From: Carcharhinus longimanus | Taxonomy: Eukaryota | Length of the DNA stretch: 64,000 nucleotides | Assembly: GCA_030264375.1 (NCBI GenBank) | Contig: JASCQW010000128.1 | Span: 20,492,961-20,556,960, forward strand | Direction of reading: 5' to 3' | Shown here: positions 50,944-63,639 of the stretch, one piece after another | Layout of the letters: each line of letters opens with the position of its first letter | How positions within the stretch are numbered: the stretch's first letter is position 1 | Position numbers and translations under genes: made by a program | The notes under the pieces: generated by a model | What the model saw: the letters and a program-made list of their open reading frames with translations, nothing else | Told to the model about the DNA's origin: nothing | Database searches by the model: none

Positions 50944-51684
50944 CTGTGCCAGAGTGGAATATTGACTATTAAATCCAACTCAATAAACAAACATTCCCAC
51001 AGCATCATTGTTCTCTAGTATCCTCTGAAGTGCCATATTTCTGCATTAAAGGCACGGTACAAATATACATTGTTTTGTAAGTTAAAACGCTCTTCTACAG
51101 TGACACTACTTAGCTGTAACATCAACTTGTTCTTGAAAACATACATGCAGTGTAACAGGACAAACTGGCCTAAGTGGCACTGTATGTATTGTTTTAAAAC
51201 CATTTGGATTTTAAAATCAATTAAACCAAAGAATATGACTGAATATTGTCATATTCCATAGTGCACCACGCAGGGCTGAAGTATGTAGAACTGGAGACAA
51301 AAAAGATAGCAAACTACAAGAATATCCAGTGGAGAGAGAATTATATGTATGCATGATGCACTGTTTTTACTCATTCTTCATTAGATTGGTGAAATTGCTC
51401 TCAATTCAAACAAACATTTGCGCTACCCTGGTGTAATCCATGGGATCAAGACAAAATACTGATAACAGCACAGTACTGTAGGAACAGGACAACTCGCATT
51501 TATATAGCCATTTATGGTAGTAAAATAACCCAAAGCGTCTCACAGGAGCATCAAACAAAACTCGCCACTAAGCCACATCAGAGGACAGATATTCAAAAGC
51601 TTAGTCAAAGAGCTTGGCTTTAAGGAGCACTTGAAAGGAAGAAAGGCAGAGAGAGACGGAGAATTTTAAGGTGCGGACTGCAGA

Positions 51685-52086
51685 GCTTATGGCTTTGATA
51701 ACTGAAGGCACAGCTGTCAATAGTGCAGCAATTGAAATTGGGGAGGCTCAAGAGATCATAATTACAGCAGGGCTTATGGCCTTGATAACTGAAGGCACAG
51801 CTGTCAATAGTGCAGCAATTGAAATTGGGGAGGCTCAAGAGATCATAATTACAGCAGGGCTTATGGCCTTGATAACTGAAGGCACAGCTGTCAATAGTGC
51901 AGCAATTGAAATTGGGGAGGCTCAAGAGATCATAATTACAGCAGGNNNNNNNNNNNNNNNNNNNNNNNNNNNNNNNNNNNNNNNNNNNNNNNNNNNNNNN
52001 NNNNNNNNNNNNNNNNNNNNNNNNNNNNNNNNNNNNNNNNNNNNNATTGAAATTGGGGAGGCTCAAGAGATCATAATTACAGCAGG
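51685..52086. repeat. 87-bp tandem repeat (three full units plus a partial unit after the gap) inside an L2-like remnant
   Basis: Units start at 51685, 51772 and 51859, near-identical; gap 51946-52045; gives the (LMALITEGTAVNSAAIEIGEAQEIIITAG)n ORF. Confidence 0.9.
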
Positions 52087-52864
52087 GCAGATACTGTAGA
52101 AGATCATTCTGCTGGGTGAGGCTATAGAGGAAGAGGAGGTGGGTCGTGGTGAGACCATGGTGGCAATCAAGGTATTGTTTCATCAGGAGCCAATGTAAGT
52201 CAACAAGCACAGCTTGTGGTTGAAAAAGACTTGGGATGATTCACTATACCAGCAACAGATTTTTGGCCAGTTCATTGGAAGCAACAAAGGCATGGATGAA
52301 GGTCTAGCGGATGAGCTGAGGTGAGGACTGAGTTGAATGACGTAATGGGAATGGAAGCAGGCCATCCCACCCGACTGATAATGGAGGAGAAGAGGTTGGA
52401 GATGCATGTTGTTGTCATCCATGTCAAAGTTTGCAGATAAATTAAGATGGAGAGTTTACCTTTGTCAGTCACATAGGAGGTAATTTGAGACAGTGTGTTA
52501 GGAATGTTTTATAATTTTAAGTTGGATTTATGTTTATATCTGTGTGTTAAGAAAGGTAAAAATTGTTTCAATTTCATTTAGGTTTTGTTTACAAACCCTG
52601 GGAGTCTGAATAGACTTGTGACCAAAAGATTTTGGGTTTGTTTGTATACATACATCATAATGAGGTCTTACAAAAGCCTTAAGTTTAAGAGAAAGGGTTA
52701 AAAGTGGTTGAAATTTCAGTGATTCTGGTGGGGGAGGGAGCACAAAGCAGAAAGTTTTACTGTTGCCTAGCAACAGTGATCAGCTGATAGACACAGAAAA
52801 TGTAGCAGTTGAGAGGGGGTGGGGTTTAGAGTGCATGTCAGAGAGAGAAGGCAGGAATTTTAAA

Positions 52865-55382
52865 CTCTTGAGTAGGAAAGCAAGAAATAGCAAGGGAAAA
52901 TACTTGGTGGAATTAATCTATAAGTCCCTTAATAGTAGTTCCACAGTAGGACATAGTATAAACCAAAAATTACAGGGGGTTTATAAGAAAGGAACAACAA
53001 TATTCATGGGTGATTTTAATATGCATATGGGCTGGATCAATCAAATTGGCAAGATAGCCTTGATTTAGAGTTCATCGAATGTATTAGAGACTGTTTATTG
53101 GAATATTATGTGTTGAACCAACTCAGGAGCAAGCTATTTTGGATTTAGTATTGTGTAATGAGATGGGATCAATTAATGATCCCATAGTAAAGGATCCTCT
53201 AAGGAAGAGTGATCATTACATGCTTGAATTTTAAATTCAGTTTGAGGGCAATAAACTTGAGTCCCATATTAGTGTTCTGGGGTTAAACATAGCTATGTGT
53301 ACGGATTTGGCCCCGGTGAACTGGGCAGAAAGATTAAAAAGAATGAGAGTTGACGAACAGGGGCAGACGATTAAGGAGATATCCAATTCTTCCCAACTAA
53401 AATATAGTCCAGAGAGAAAAAAAGATAGAAAGAGAGGAAACGTATCCATGAACTAAGCAAGGAGGTTAAGGATAACAAAGGCAAAAACTAAAGCATACCA
53501 AATTGCAGAGGTTAGTGGCAGGCTAGAGGATTAGGAAACCCTTAAAAGGGCCAAAAGAAGGGTTACTAAAAAGGAATAAAAAGAGCAAATGTAAATTATG
53601 AAAGAAATCTAGCACAAAATATAAAAACAGTTAGCAAAAGATCCTATAAGTTTATAAAAAGGAACAGAGTAGCTGAAGTCAATGTTGGCCCCTTGGAGAA
53701 TAAGAATAACAATGGGAAACACAAATGGCACAGACACTAAATTAATATTTTGCCTCAGTTTTCAAGGAGGGTATTAGAACCATCCCTATGGTAACAAGAG
53801 GTTGTTGAAAAAGAGGAACTTAGAACAATCACCATCACTAGGGAAAAATTACCGAACAAACTATTAGGATTAAAAGCAGACAAGTGTCCAAGGCCTGAAG
53901 GACTACATCATAGAGTCTTAAAGGAAGTGGTAGCTGAGATATTGGAGGCATTAGCTCAAATATTCCANNNNNNNNNNGGAGAGGCTCTAGTGGACTGGAA
54001 AAGCTTAATATAACATCCTTGTTCAAAAAGGAGGAAAGGCAGAAAGTAGGAAACTATAAACCACTTAGCTTATTATCTATGATTGGGAAATTGTTTGAAT
54101 CCATCCATAGGGAAGAGTCATGGGATATTTGGAAAGTCAAAACACAATCCATCGAAGTCAGCATAGTTTTATAAATGGTAAGTCATGTTTGGCTAGAGTT
54201 CTTCAAAGGTGTAACAAGAAAATTGGTAATAGGAGTCATGTAGATGTTGTGTATCTAGACTTCCAGATTTTAGGCATTTTATAAGATGCTGTACGAAAGG
54301 TGAATACATAAGGTACTATTCCAGAGGGTTGGGAGTAATATATTGATTTGGATAGTGGATTGCCTAGCCAACTGAAAGCAGACAGTGGGGGTAAATGGGT
54401 TGATAAGCTGCAATTAGTGGTGTGCCACAGGATTCAGTCCTCAGGCCCCATCAATTTACAATCTATCTTAATGATTTGGATGCAGGAGGTAGAATGTATG
54501 ATCGGCAAACTTGCAGATGACACTAACATCAATGAGGAAGCAAGTTGTAGTGTGGAAATAAGAAATTTACAAATGGATATGGATAGGTTCAGTGAGTGAG
54601 TCAAAATTTGGCAGATGGCATTTAATGTGGATAAGTGTGAGGTTATCCATTTTGGTCAGAAGAATGAAAAGGCATTTTATTGGAGAGAATGGAGAGAAAC
54701 TTCAAAATGTTTTGGTGCAGACAGTGTCCTTGTGCATGAATCACAAAAAGTTAGCAAGCAGGTGTAGCAGGTAATAAGGAAGGCAAGTGGAATTTTGACA
54801 TTTGTTGCTAAGAGAGTATAAAAGTAGGGAAGTGCTGTATTGGTGAGACTGCATCTGGAGTACTGTGCACAGTTTTGATCCCCTTTCTTGAGTAAGTATG
54901 TAAATGCATTAGAGGTGATTCAGAGAAGGCTCACCAGATTAATTCCAGGGACAAAGGACTTCTCTTATGAAGAAAGTTTAGGCCTATCCTTGCTGAACTG
55001 TAGAAGAGTGAGAGGAGATCCAATTAAGGTGCATACAATGTTAAAGGGAAATGACAGGGTGGACGTAGAGCAGATGATTCCTCTTCTTGGATACTCGAGA
55101 TCAGGAAGCCATAGCTTTACGCTAAGAGGTGGCAGATTTAAAACCAAAATGAAGAAGAATTATTTCACTCAAAAGGGTCATAAATCTGTGGAAATCTCTA
55201 TCCCAAAGTGCAGTGGACACCAGACTACTAAACAAATTTGAAGAGATAGATTGGTTTTTAATTAGTAGTGGGATGAAGGGTTATGGGAACCAAGCAAGAA
55301 GGTGGAAATGAGGCTGATATTCAATCTTATTGAATGGTGGAGCTTAAGGGCTGAATAGCCTACTCCTGTCCCTAATTCTTAC
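52865..55382 (+). mobile_element. Degenerate CR1 LINE ORF2
   Basis: IFMGDFN, SDH, ADKCPRPEG, LADDT, RRLTRLIPG remnants and CR1 tail. Confidence 0.85.
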
Positions 55383-55767
55383 AAGAAGCTACAAGGTGAG
55401 AGGGGTAGTGGGCAACTGAATATCAATTATAGGACTCTATAAAGTGATCAGTTTTGCAGAGGTGCCGCTGGAAGACTGTGTTTCGGGAACTCATTTGTTT
55501 GCTGTGCAATTTATGAAACAGTGGGTTTAAGAGTGCAGTTTTTGAGTGTCTTGAGAAGAGATGCAAGTTGGGTGAGTAGCATCAATTGAATGCTCACAAA
55601 TTCATCTGAAGAAAATTGTTTGCAACTGCATCAGTTGCAAGCAAGAAACCATTGTGTCATGCTAGTGGTCTCCATGTCTGTAAAGATATTACTGGGATAA
55701 AGAAATAGTGGTAATTTTAACACCTCTGACTCTCATACTGCAACCTCCAGAGAACAATCCACCCCCC

Positions 55768-55980
55768 CAAACAGCAGAATCTGAACAGAAAGAGACTTAT
55801 TTCCTGGCAGATGTTAATTTCTAAATCCAGAGCAAGAGAGACAGAGAAAGCGATCTCTGTCTAAAGATCCCAAACAGCAGACCGTCAGACAAAGACCCAC
55901 TTCCAAACAACAGAATATCAGGGAAAGAGACTTATTTCCTGCCAGATTACAGTCGCTAACTCCAGAGAGGAAGAGAGGTA
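55768..55980. repeat. Diverged direct duplication (about 135-bp period)
   Basis: ccaaacagcagaat...gaaagagacttatttcctg..agat...tccagag occurs at ~55768 and ~55902. Confidence 0.55.
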
Positions 55981-57071
55981 CTGCTGTCTAGCAACTCCAA
56001 CCAGCATCTGACCTGATTTTTCTGTGCAATCTAGATCCACTCAGTTACATGATCTGTCCCTGTCAATCATCCTAATCAAGCACTACTCTGCAAAATCCCA
56101 GGGGGACACTAAAATGACAGAACAGCATTAGCACAGATTAAAACAAACATTCCAGCAATTATACTGCCATGCTGCAGTAACAATAAAGGATGCTGGTTAT
56201 AGACCAGCAACTCTAATAATAAAAAAAAGCTGCTAAAACAAATTCTACGCAAGAAACATGACTAAAATACATTTCTTAAAGGCAACAATATCGTCACACT
56301 CCATAGTTTCTGGGGGAAAAAAGGATCTACCAAGCCAGATTTTACTCTGGGATCTGACGTGTCCACTATTAACAACAGCTGCAATTGTAACAATTGATAA
56401 AAGCTGCTGTCACAGTGTGACAAAAATGGAAAGCTAATTGGAGAGCTTCAAATATGGAGTTCTGGGCAAGAATTTGGGAAGCAACTTTGGAGAGAAAAGG
56501 AAGGTTGAAGATGTGGTGATACTTCTCAAGCATAGAGGGGTCAGGGTTTTTTTTAAACAAAGAAGAATAAGGTAATAATACTAGATTTGAAGGCAAGGGG
56601 GATAGCAGCTGAGGAATCCACAAACTACAGTTGCATCCATTTAGTAAGTGTCCTCCAGTTGAAGTCATATCGCCAAGTAAGAAATTTTGATCAACAAACC
56701 AATAATCTAGCATATCACATGCCATCATAATGAAACACCAGCAGATGATTATTTATCCCACTACTACCCTTTCACCTTGCATCATCATCCCTTTTGTTAT
56801 TTAACCTCTCCTGCCTTCTAACATACCACATGTCTCCACTTTTGTTCTTTCCTCCCCTACTCCTGCCTCTGTACTTGCTTAAAACCTGCTAATTGTCTAA
56901 TTTTTGTCAAATTGATGAAATGTCATTGATCTGAAAAGTTAACTCTTTCTCTTCTTACAAATGCTGCCTGATGTTGAGAACTTCCAGCATTTTCTGTTTT
57001 TATAAATGCAGCAGAGCACTACTAGCACCACGACAGTATTACATCAGACACTTTAATATTCATAAACTTAC

Positions 57072-57147
57072 TGGCAACACAAGGAATACTCATCAATTCC
57101 AATAACACCTCGGGGAGGTGGACGGAACTTCCATCGACAATCATTTT
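57072..57147 (-). CDS. HELZ: HELZ-like coding exon (E-NDCRWKFRPPPRGVIGIDEYSLCC-Q), start of CCCH finger
   Basis: Acceptor tctttcag, donor CA|gtaagt, 76 nt, phase 1->2; matches HELZ WHFRPPPRGITSSEEYTLC. Confidence 0.9.
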
Positions 57148-57203
57148 CTGAAAGACAATTGGAAACATTACTTTTCTGTGTAAGGTCTTCAAAACATGCC
57201 TCA

Positions 57204-57670
57204 GGGAGGCAGTGGTGTAATCGCATTGTCACTGGACGAATAATTCAAAGACCCAGGGTAATGCTTAAACTTAGTTTAGGTTAGAGGGTCATTAGATTGG
57301 TTCCACTGATCGGCGCGACACTGAGGGCCGAAGGGCCTGTACTGCACTGTAATGTTCTATGCTCTAGGGACCTGGGTCGAATCCTACCATGGCAGATGGT
57401 GAAATTTCAATTCAATAGAAATCTGGAATCGAAAGTCTAATGATAACCATGGAATCATTGTTAATTGTTGTAAAAACCCATCTGGTTTACCACTGTCCTT
57501 TAGGAAAGGAAATCTGTTATCATTAGCTGGTCTGGTCTACATGTGACTCCAGACCTGCAGCAATGTGATTGACTCTTAAATGCCCTCTGCATGCCACTCA
57601 GTTCAAGGGCAATTAGGCATGGGAAATAAATGCTGGCCTAGCCAGCAATGCCCATCTCCCATCAATGATA
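57204..57670 (+). mobile_element. tRNA-derived SINE with LINE-shared 3' tail (interrupted by a CR1 tail fragment ~57270-57360)
   Basis: gggaggcagtggtgtaat A-box, gggtcgaatcc B-box, tail caagggcaattaggcatgggaaataaatgctggcctagccagc. Confidence 0.75.
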
Positions 57671-58113
57671 TTTTGATCCCGAGACCTGGTCCAGTGATTT
57701 CAATTAGTATCTAATGAATGTCAGCATCCAGGATTAAAAAAACGTGCAGGAAGAAAAGTTCTAAGTTTCTTCGCATCACTTGAAGAAGCCATGGCCATGA
57801 TTCTCCCATCGTGACTTGCAATTTTTCTGGTGGGTTGGATGGGAACGCGCGTCGCTAGTCTTGGGATTTGTTCTGGGATTTGTGCATCACATCTCCTGGA
57901 GCCGGCGAACAGTCGCTGGTCAGACCACACCAGGAACTGGCAGGAAGGCAGGTAAATAATTTGAATCTGTTTTTAATATGTTTTAAATGTAGTTTGAATG
58001 TAATTATCGGACCNNNNNNNNNNNNNNNNNNNNNNNNNNNNNNNNNNNNNNNNNNNNNNNNNNNNNNNNNNNNNNNNNNNNNNNNNNNNNNNNNNNNNNN
58101 NNNNNNNNNNNNN

Positions 58114-58258
58114 AGGAAACCGGAGTACCCGGAGGAAACCCACGCAGACACAAGGAGAATGTGCAAACTCCACACAGACAGTGACCCGAGTGGGGAATTG
58201 AACCCAGGACCCTGGAGCTGTGAAGCAACAGTGCTAACCACTGTGCTACCGTGCCACC
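58114..58258 (-). mobile_element. HE1-like SINE head, reverse orientation
   Basis: Reverse complement of ggcacggtagcacagtggttagcactgttgcttcacagctccagggtcctgggttcaattcc. Confidence 0.8.
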
Positions 58259-59241
58259 CTGGCCCAGATGATGATTCTCCCCTCCCCCAGCCAGGTCAAT
58301 CATCGATTGCAAATTGCACAGCCCACCCTGCCCCTGCCAATTGCCAGTTGCCAACTGCACAGCCTCCCCTGCCCCGACCGCATGAGGGGTCCTCAGTGGC
58401 CTCCTGTCCTACAAGCATGTTGAGTCCACGCATGATCCTCACCATTGAGGACCTCCACTAGTGAGGAAGTTAAGGCAAGTGAGCCCAGACAATTGCATCC
58501 CAGGTTCACTAATTTTAAAATTAGCATTTAAATTGATTTAAATATTGAAATCAGCACACCAAAAATCTGGAGGCGGGAAACTGGGCACAAACCTGATTTT
58601 TCACCTCTCACCTCATCCATCGATGGTGTGACGAGCCTTTACATCTTCCTCAGTGTGACTGACAGAGATATAAAGATGGTTTATCCACATGGTGCCATTG
58701 GGTTTCAGCCATTTTGAAACATAGGCAGCAATTCTGGCAGGATTCAGACTAGCTCCTCACATTCGGAGAACTAGTGGGAGACTCCACCAGAGTGAAGGGA
58801 GGGCAAATGGGGCCCCCCAGGGGGATGGGTGGCAGGAGGGCGGTAGCCCCTGACATGGGCACCCTGGCAGTGCCAGCCTGTGCCCCCTGGCACTGCCCAT
58901 GTCTAGGTGCTCCTTGGCACTGCCCACTAGGCATCGAGGAGTGCCAAGAGGGCAGTCGGTGGGGATCCCACTGCCACTCTGTATTAGGGTTGGTCTGGGA
59001 TGGAGGAAGGCCAGTGATTGGGGCGGGCCAGGATGAGGGATTGCCACTGCGGGGAGGGGAGGGTGGGTGGTCTGGACATCAGGGTACTCTGGGGCGGGAG
59101 AGGCTGGAGGGGCAGTGCTGCAGTGGTTCCGGGCTGGCCAACAAATGTGGAGTCTGACGAATCAGGACCATTGCGCATGAGCAGAGTTCCAGAACTGTCA
59201 GACTCCGGCGCGAATAGGCCCTGCACCCCACCCCCCCAACC

Positions 59242-60045
59242 NNNNNNNNNNNNNNNNNNNNNNNNNNNNNNNNNNNNNNNNNNNNNNNNNNNNNNNNNNN
59301 NNNNNNNNNNNNNNNNNNNNNNNNNNNNNNNNNNNNNNNNNNNNNNNNNNNNNNNNNNNNNNNNNNNNNNNNNNNNNNNNNNNNNNNNNNNNNNNNNNNN
59401 NNNNNNNNNNNNNNNNNNNNNNNNNNNNNNNNNNNNNNNNNNNNNNNNNNNNNNNNNNNNNNNNNNNNNNNNNNNNNNNNNNNNNNNNNNNNNNNNNNNN
59501 NNNNNNNNNNNNNNNNNNNNNNNNNNNNNNNNNNNNNNNNNNNNNNNNNNNNNNNNNNNNNNNNNNNNNNNNNNNNNNNNNNNNNNNNNNNNNNNNNNNN
59601 NNNNNNNNNNNNNNNNNNNNNNNNNNNNNNNNNNNNNNNNNNNNNNNNNNNNNNNNNNNNNNNNNNNNNNNNNNNNNNNNNNNNNNNNNNNNNNNNNNNN
59701 NNNNNNNNNNNNNNNNNNNNNNNNNNNNNNNNNNNNNNNNNNNNNNNNNNNNNNNNNNNNNNNNNNNNNNNNNNNNNNNNNNNNNNNNNNNNNNNNNNNN
59801 NNNNNNNNNNNNNNNNNNNNNNNNNNNNNNNNNNNNNNNNNNNNNNNNNNNNNNNNNNNNNNNNNNNNNNNNNNNNNNNNNNNNNNNNNNNNNNNNNNNN
59901 NNNNNNNNNNNNNNNNNNNNNNNNNNNNNNNNNNNNNNNNNNNNNNNNNNNNNNNNNNNNNNNNNNNNNNNNNNNNNNNNNNNNNNNNNNNNNNNNNNNN
60001 NNNNNNNNNNNNNNNNNNNNNNNNNNNNNNNNNNNNNNNNNNNNN
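59242..60045. other. Assembly gap (largest of several N runs)
   Basis: Run of N; ORFs spanning it are artefacts. Confidence 0.98.
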
Positions 60046-61339
60046 GTAGGGATATGGGGGTAGGGCCTGGGTGGGATTGTGTTCGGTGCAGACTCGATGG
60101 GCCGAAGGGCCTCTTTCTGCAATGTAGGATTCTATGGTGGGAGAACAGAGAGATCTGTGCATGCACAACTGTGCCCTCTAGTGTGAGCAGTCAACTTGGG
60201 GCTGAGCCTAAGGCCCCACCCCCTGCCTGTACTGATGGGAATCAAGCTTCATTTCCTGCACTAAGTGCCATAAATTTTTTTTGCAGCCTCACCAAAACAA
60301 AATCCTGTTTTCAATTCATTTGGCACTTAGAATTCTTTTGGTAAGATCACTGCCAAAATTTGTCCCCTCTCATATTTTTCATTCTTCACAAAAGAGTTAA
60401 GTCATCGATTAGCTTATTAGTTCAGTTATTAAGATCAGTTGCATCACCACCCTCCTGCCATCAAAAATATAGGGAAGAATATATTACTTATTTCCTTTCA
60501 AAAGAGATTTTTAAGATACAAGGCTGCAATTTCAACAACAATTTTCAAAAGGGAATTGAATGTACACTTACAAAGAAAACATTTTGGGACCTACAAGGCT
60601 TAATGGAGAGCTCTTTCAAAGAGTCAATGTGGGAAAGCTGCACCATTGTATTCTATTCTCCAATGTAAAATATGCAGCATAGTCACAGTACTGTTCTTCA
60701 CATCAACTCTCAAAAGTCTCACAAGAGCAATGAAAATCCGTTCTTCCTCTTTCATCCTTGCTCTCAAATGAACCATCAATTTAAAACTCATGTCATATCA
60801 CAACATGAATTGCTGCTCAACAAGCTACATCATACTCCAATTTTTAAGTAAAAAGACCAAACGTCAAAAATTGTTTTTTTAAACTTGAATTCACTAAAAA
60901 CTAGGAAGCATATGATCTGACTAAAGACAGCTCCAGCTGCACCACATGCGTGGGAGGTGGTGCAATATGCATGCACGCCCAGATTAGAAATATATTTTAG
61001 AAATGCAATGGGGAAATTCAATGGAATATTCTCAGTCTTTTGATGATTCCTCCTCAATAAAGAAGCTTGTAAACAGGCCTGCTGGAGTCCAAGAATGCTT
61101 CCACAAAATATGCCCCTCCCTAATTCCAGTACCCCTTCGTTCTTAGGACCACTGTACTGCATTGTTCAACCCTGTATTGTTCAGAGTTCCTTAATCTCAA
61201 ACCAGCATAATATACCCAGACACCGGAATCGCCTTCTTCAAAATTCCAGGTCCTAGGTCTCCTTTGCTAATGATTTCAGGTGCACCCCTACCCACAGACC
61301 CCTACCTCTTGTACTCCTAGACCACAAGAACCATCAATC

Positions 61340-61759
61340 TAGTAGGGATGAAACCATGATTAAATAGGCGGTTCGCCCGTGCAAGGGTGACACCATAATC
61401 AGGCAGGGGACAAGGCTAGCCCATTGCACTTGGGGTGTGCCGATGTCTCCGATTGTGGTTTGCCTAAGCTAAGGTAGAGTGAAGGATCAGGGTAGCCAAT
61501 GAAGTTAAACAGAGGCTTTATCTAATGCAGTTTTTCAAAGCCATCATCTCGACCTTTTGGCTAAGGTGAAGCGCTAGATCAAACTTGGGAAGGAGTGCAA
61601 TGACTCATCCTGTCAGCTTGGACCTTGTTTGATCAAGCCAAGATGAGATGTCTCGTCAGCTTGGGTCTGGTTTGTCCCTCTTGTGGGGAACATGATTGTA
61701 TTTAATTTGAATTGGCTTTTTTGATTAGAAATAAAATACCAAAAGCTACAAAAAAAAAT
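61340..61759 (+). mobile_element. U1/U2 snRNA-derived retroposon (SINEU-like or chimeric snRNA retrocopy)
   Basis: U1-like segments 61340-61454 including ccattgcact; U2 5'-like ctcgaccttttggctaag near 61548-61565; AATAAA then A-tail 61750-61758; candidate TSD ccatcaatc (61331-61339) / ccaccaatc (61760-61768). Confidence 0.75.
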
Positions 61760-62247
61760 CCACCAATCACTGCAACCAGACCTTAAAAACCCATATCAAA
61801 GTACCACTACATCTGAGATCCATTTCCCACTCATCTCAGATCCCAGGGCCACCCCCGGTGTTGATAGGTTAGTATCCCTGAAAATATGTAGCATGTTCCA
61901 ATAACTCACTAAGTTTTGCTCTAAAGGGGTCCTTATGCATACTAGTTTCCAGTTCTGTTGAAGAATCCAAGCATCACCATAGTTTTTTTTTAATATAGAT
62001 TCTACCTATGTACCAAAAAACAATGAATATTAAAATTGTGATTTATTAACCACTGCCTAAAGCCACCTCTAGCTAAGCTGCTCAAACACCCAATGAGATG
62101 CAATCTCAGTGAAGTTTGCACAACTTTCTCCTATCAGGGAGGCATATCAAAAAAGTTCTGTCAGTATTAGAGGTGACATTTTTGTTTTTTTTAGAAAAGT
62201 ATCATTTCTTGCAAGAATGTATTTAGCTTTACAATGTCAGCACACAC

Positions 62248-62293
62248 CTTTGGCATCATGCTCTGATGAAAAGAGAGCACCATTAGTTGCAGC
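62248..62293 (-). CDS. HELZ: HELZ-like coding exon (AATNGALFSSEHDAK-E)
   Basis: Long pyrimidine tract ending tttaagcag, donor AAG|gtgtgt, 46 nt; phase 0->1 exactly bridges the flanking exons; resembles HELZ TATSNAL. Confidence 0.7.
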
Positions 62294-63179
62294 CTGCTTA
62301 AACAAAAAGAAAATTTGCATAATTAAAATATTTAGGTTTCTGTTAATCTTCTGCATCACTGTTTACAAATGCAATTACGTATCTGCAACACATTTAACAA
62401 CAGAATTGTGCAAACCACTATACATGAGTCACATTACTATGCTCTCCCTCTGAACTGTTTTGACCCATTTTAACAAGAAAGATAATGTATCTGGGTTCTA
62501 TCTAGAACTAGAAATGCAGTTTACAATTTATTTATACTGTTCTGTGAAAGTCTAGATCATTCACAGTTAACAGCACGCACAGTAAAGCTTTAAACATTTT
62601 AAGGTGTACATTAATTATGAGGGGACAGCAACAACAGCCAGACTACTTCCATTTGTTATACATGTAAGGAATAGATAAGGGTAATCACTTTTAGGGACTC
62701 AGCCAAAAGGAATCTTTGATAATAAAGCAATAAACAGGATTATTAAAACTACTAATAATGACACTACAATAATGGTGTTCAAATTCTCAACTTTTGTGCC
62801 TTAAATTGATCTAGCCTAGATCATCATTGGTCTTTACCGTTTGTATGGATCCGAATCAAGAGGGTAGTTTCCCAGTAGACATGAATCCATGTGCAAAATA
62901 GAATCAGTTAGTACAGCATTCTCATCCAGTTTCTTGATTAAACAAACAAACATATCACACTGTCATAGCTGTGCTATTCTCAGAGATTGGTGATAAGGCA
63001 TATTGCTGGTGATAGCAGCAGGAACTTAACCCTAACACATCAGATATTCTGGATCAAATGAACTAATGCAGTTTACCCAAACTCCCACCTTCCCAAAATG
63101 CACAAAGCACTTATCTGCTCCTGCAAAATTATGTTTCCCTACAAACAAGTTCTTTAATTATAGATAATTAAGCTCTCAC

Positions 63180-63236
63180 CTGCGACTCCGTCAGCAAGTG
63201 CAGCAGCCGTCTCAGATGACTTAAGGAGGCTCCATT
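63180..63236 (-). CDS. HELZ: HELZ-like coding exon (NGASLSHLRRLLHLLTESQ)
   Basis: Acceptor ttatgcttccag, donor CAG|gtgaga, 57 nt, phase 0->0; resembles HELZ NGMVTKDLTRLKTLLSETE. Confidence 0.8.
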
Positions 63237-63333
63237 CTGGAAGCATAAAGCGACATGTGCTTTGTGCGCTATGAATTCTACTGAAATTGCATTAATTAAA
63301 AAACCAATTTCAATTGCCAAAATGCTGACCTAC

Positions 63334-63458
63334 CATACAATCTTCAGTCTTACAATCGCACAAAGCATCATAAACATCCTTCAGTTTTCCCTCTAGAACC
63401 AGTGATGCCAACACATCTCTTAACAGGTTTTCCCCCAGAATTTCATGGAAGCATAAAA
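63334..63458 (-). CDS. HELZ: HELZ-like coding exon (V-LCFHEILGENLLRDVLASLVLEGKLKDVYDALCDCKTEDCM)
   Basis: Acceptor tctgttcccaag, donor ATG|gtaggt, 125 nt, phase 1->0; aligns with HELZ [26 protein letters not shown]. Confidence 0.8.
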
Positions 63459-63639
63459 CTTGGGAACAGAACAGTTAATTAACATGTGATAAGTATATCG
63501 ATCGTCAAAAGCCATACTAAGCATATATATGTTTTTTCAATATTAAAACTTTTAAAGAGCAATTCCTAAGAAACCTCAACTGGATTCATCATATTATACT
63601 TAAATATATAATTGATGCAAGCCGTTTTATACAACTTAC

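Noticed and set aside
51620-52210. Repeat-protein ORFs or a CRISPR-like array
   Set aside because: Head-to-tail 87-bp tandem units with no unique spacers, in a vertebrate intron
58984-60168. Long ORFs of 322-394 aa in the ORF track
   Set aside because: Mostly X residues across the assembly gap; flanks are SINE and GC-rich repeat sequence
61340-61575. Functional U1 or U2 snRNA genes
   Set aside because: Fragmentary; lacks the U1 5' end, the Sm sites and the U2 branch-recognition sequence
62838-62890. Candidate bridging exon with tactaac branch-like motif and gtaaag donor
   Set aside because: No AG acceptor at the expected place; 62248-62293 fits phase and homology better
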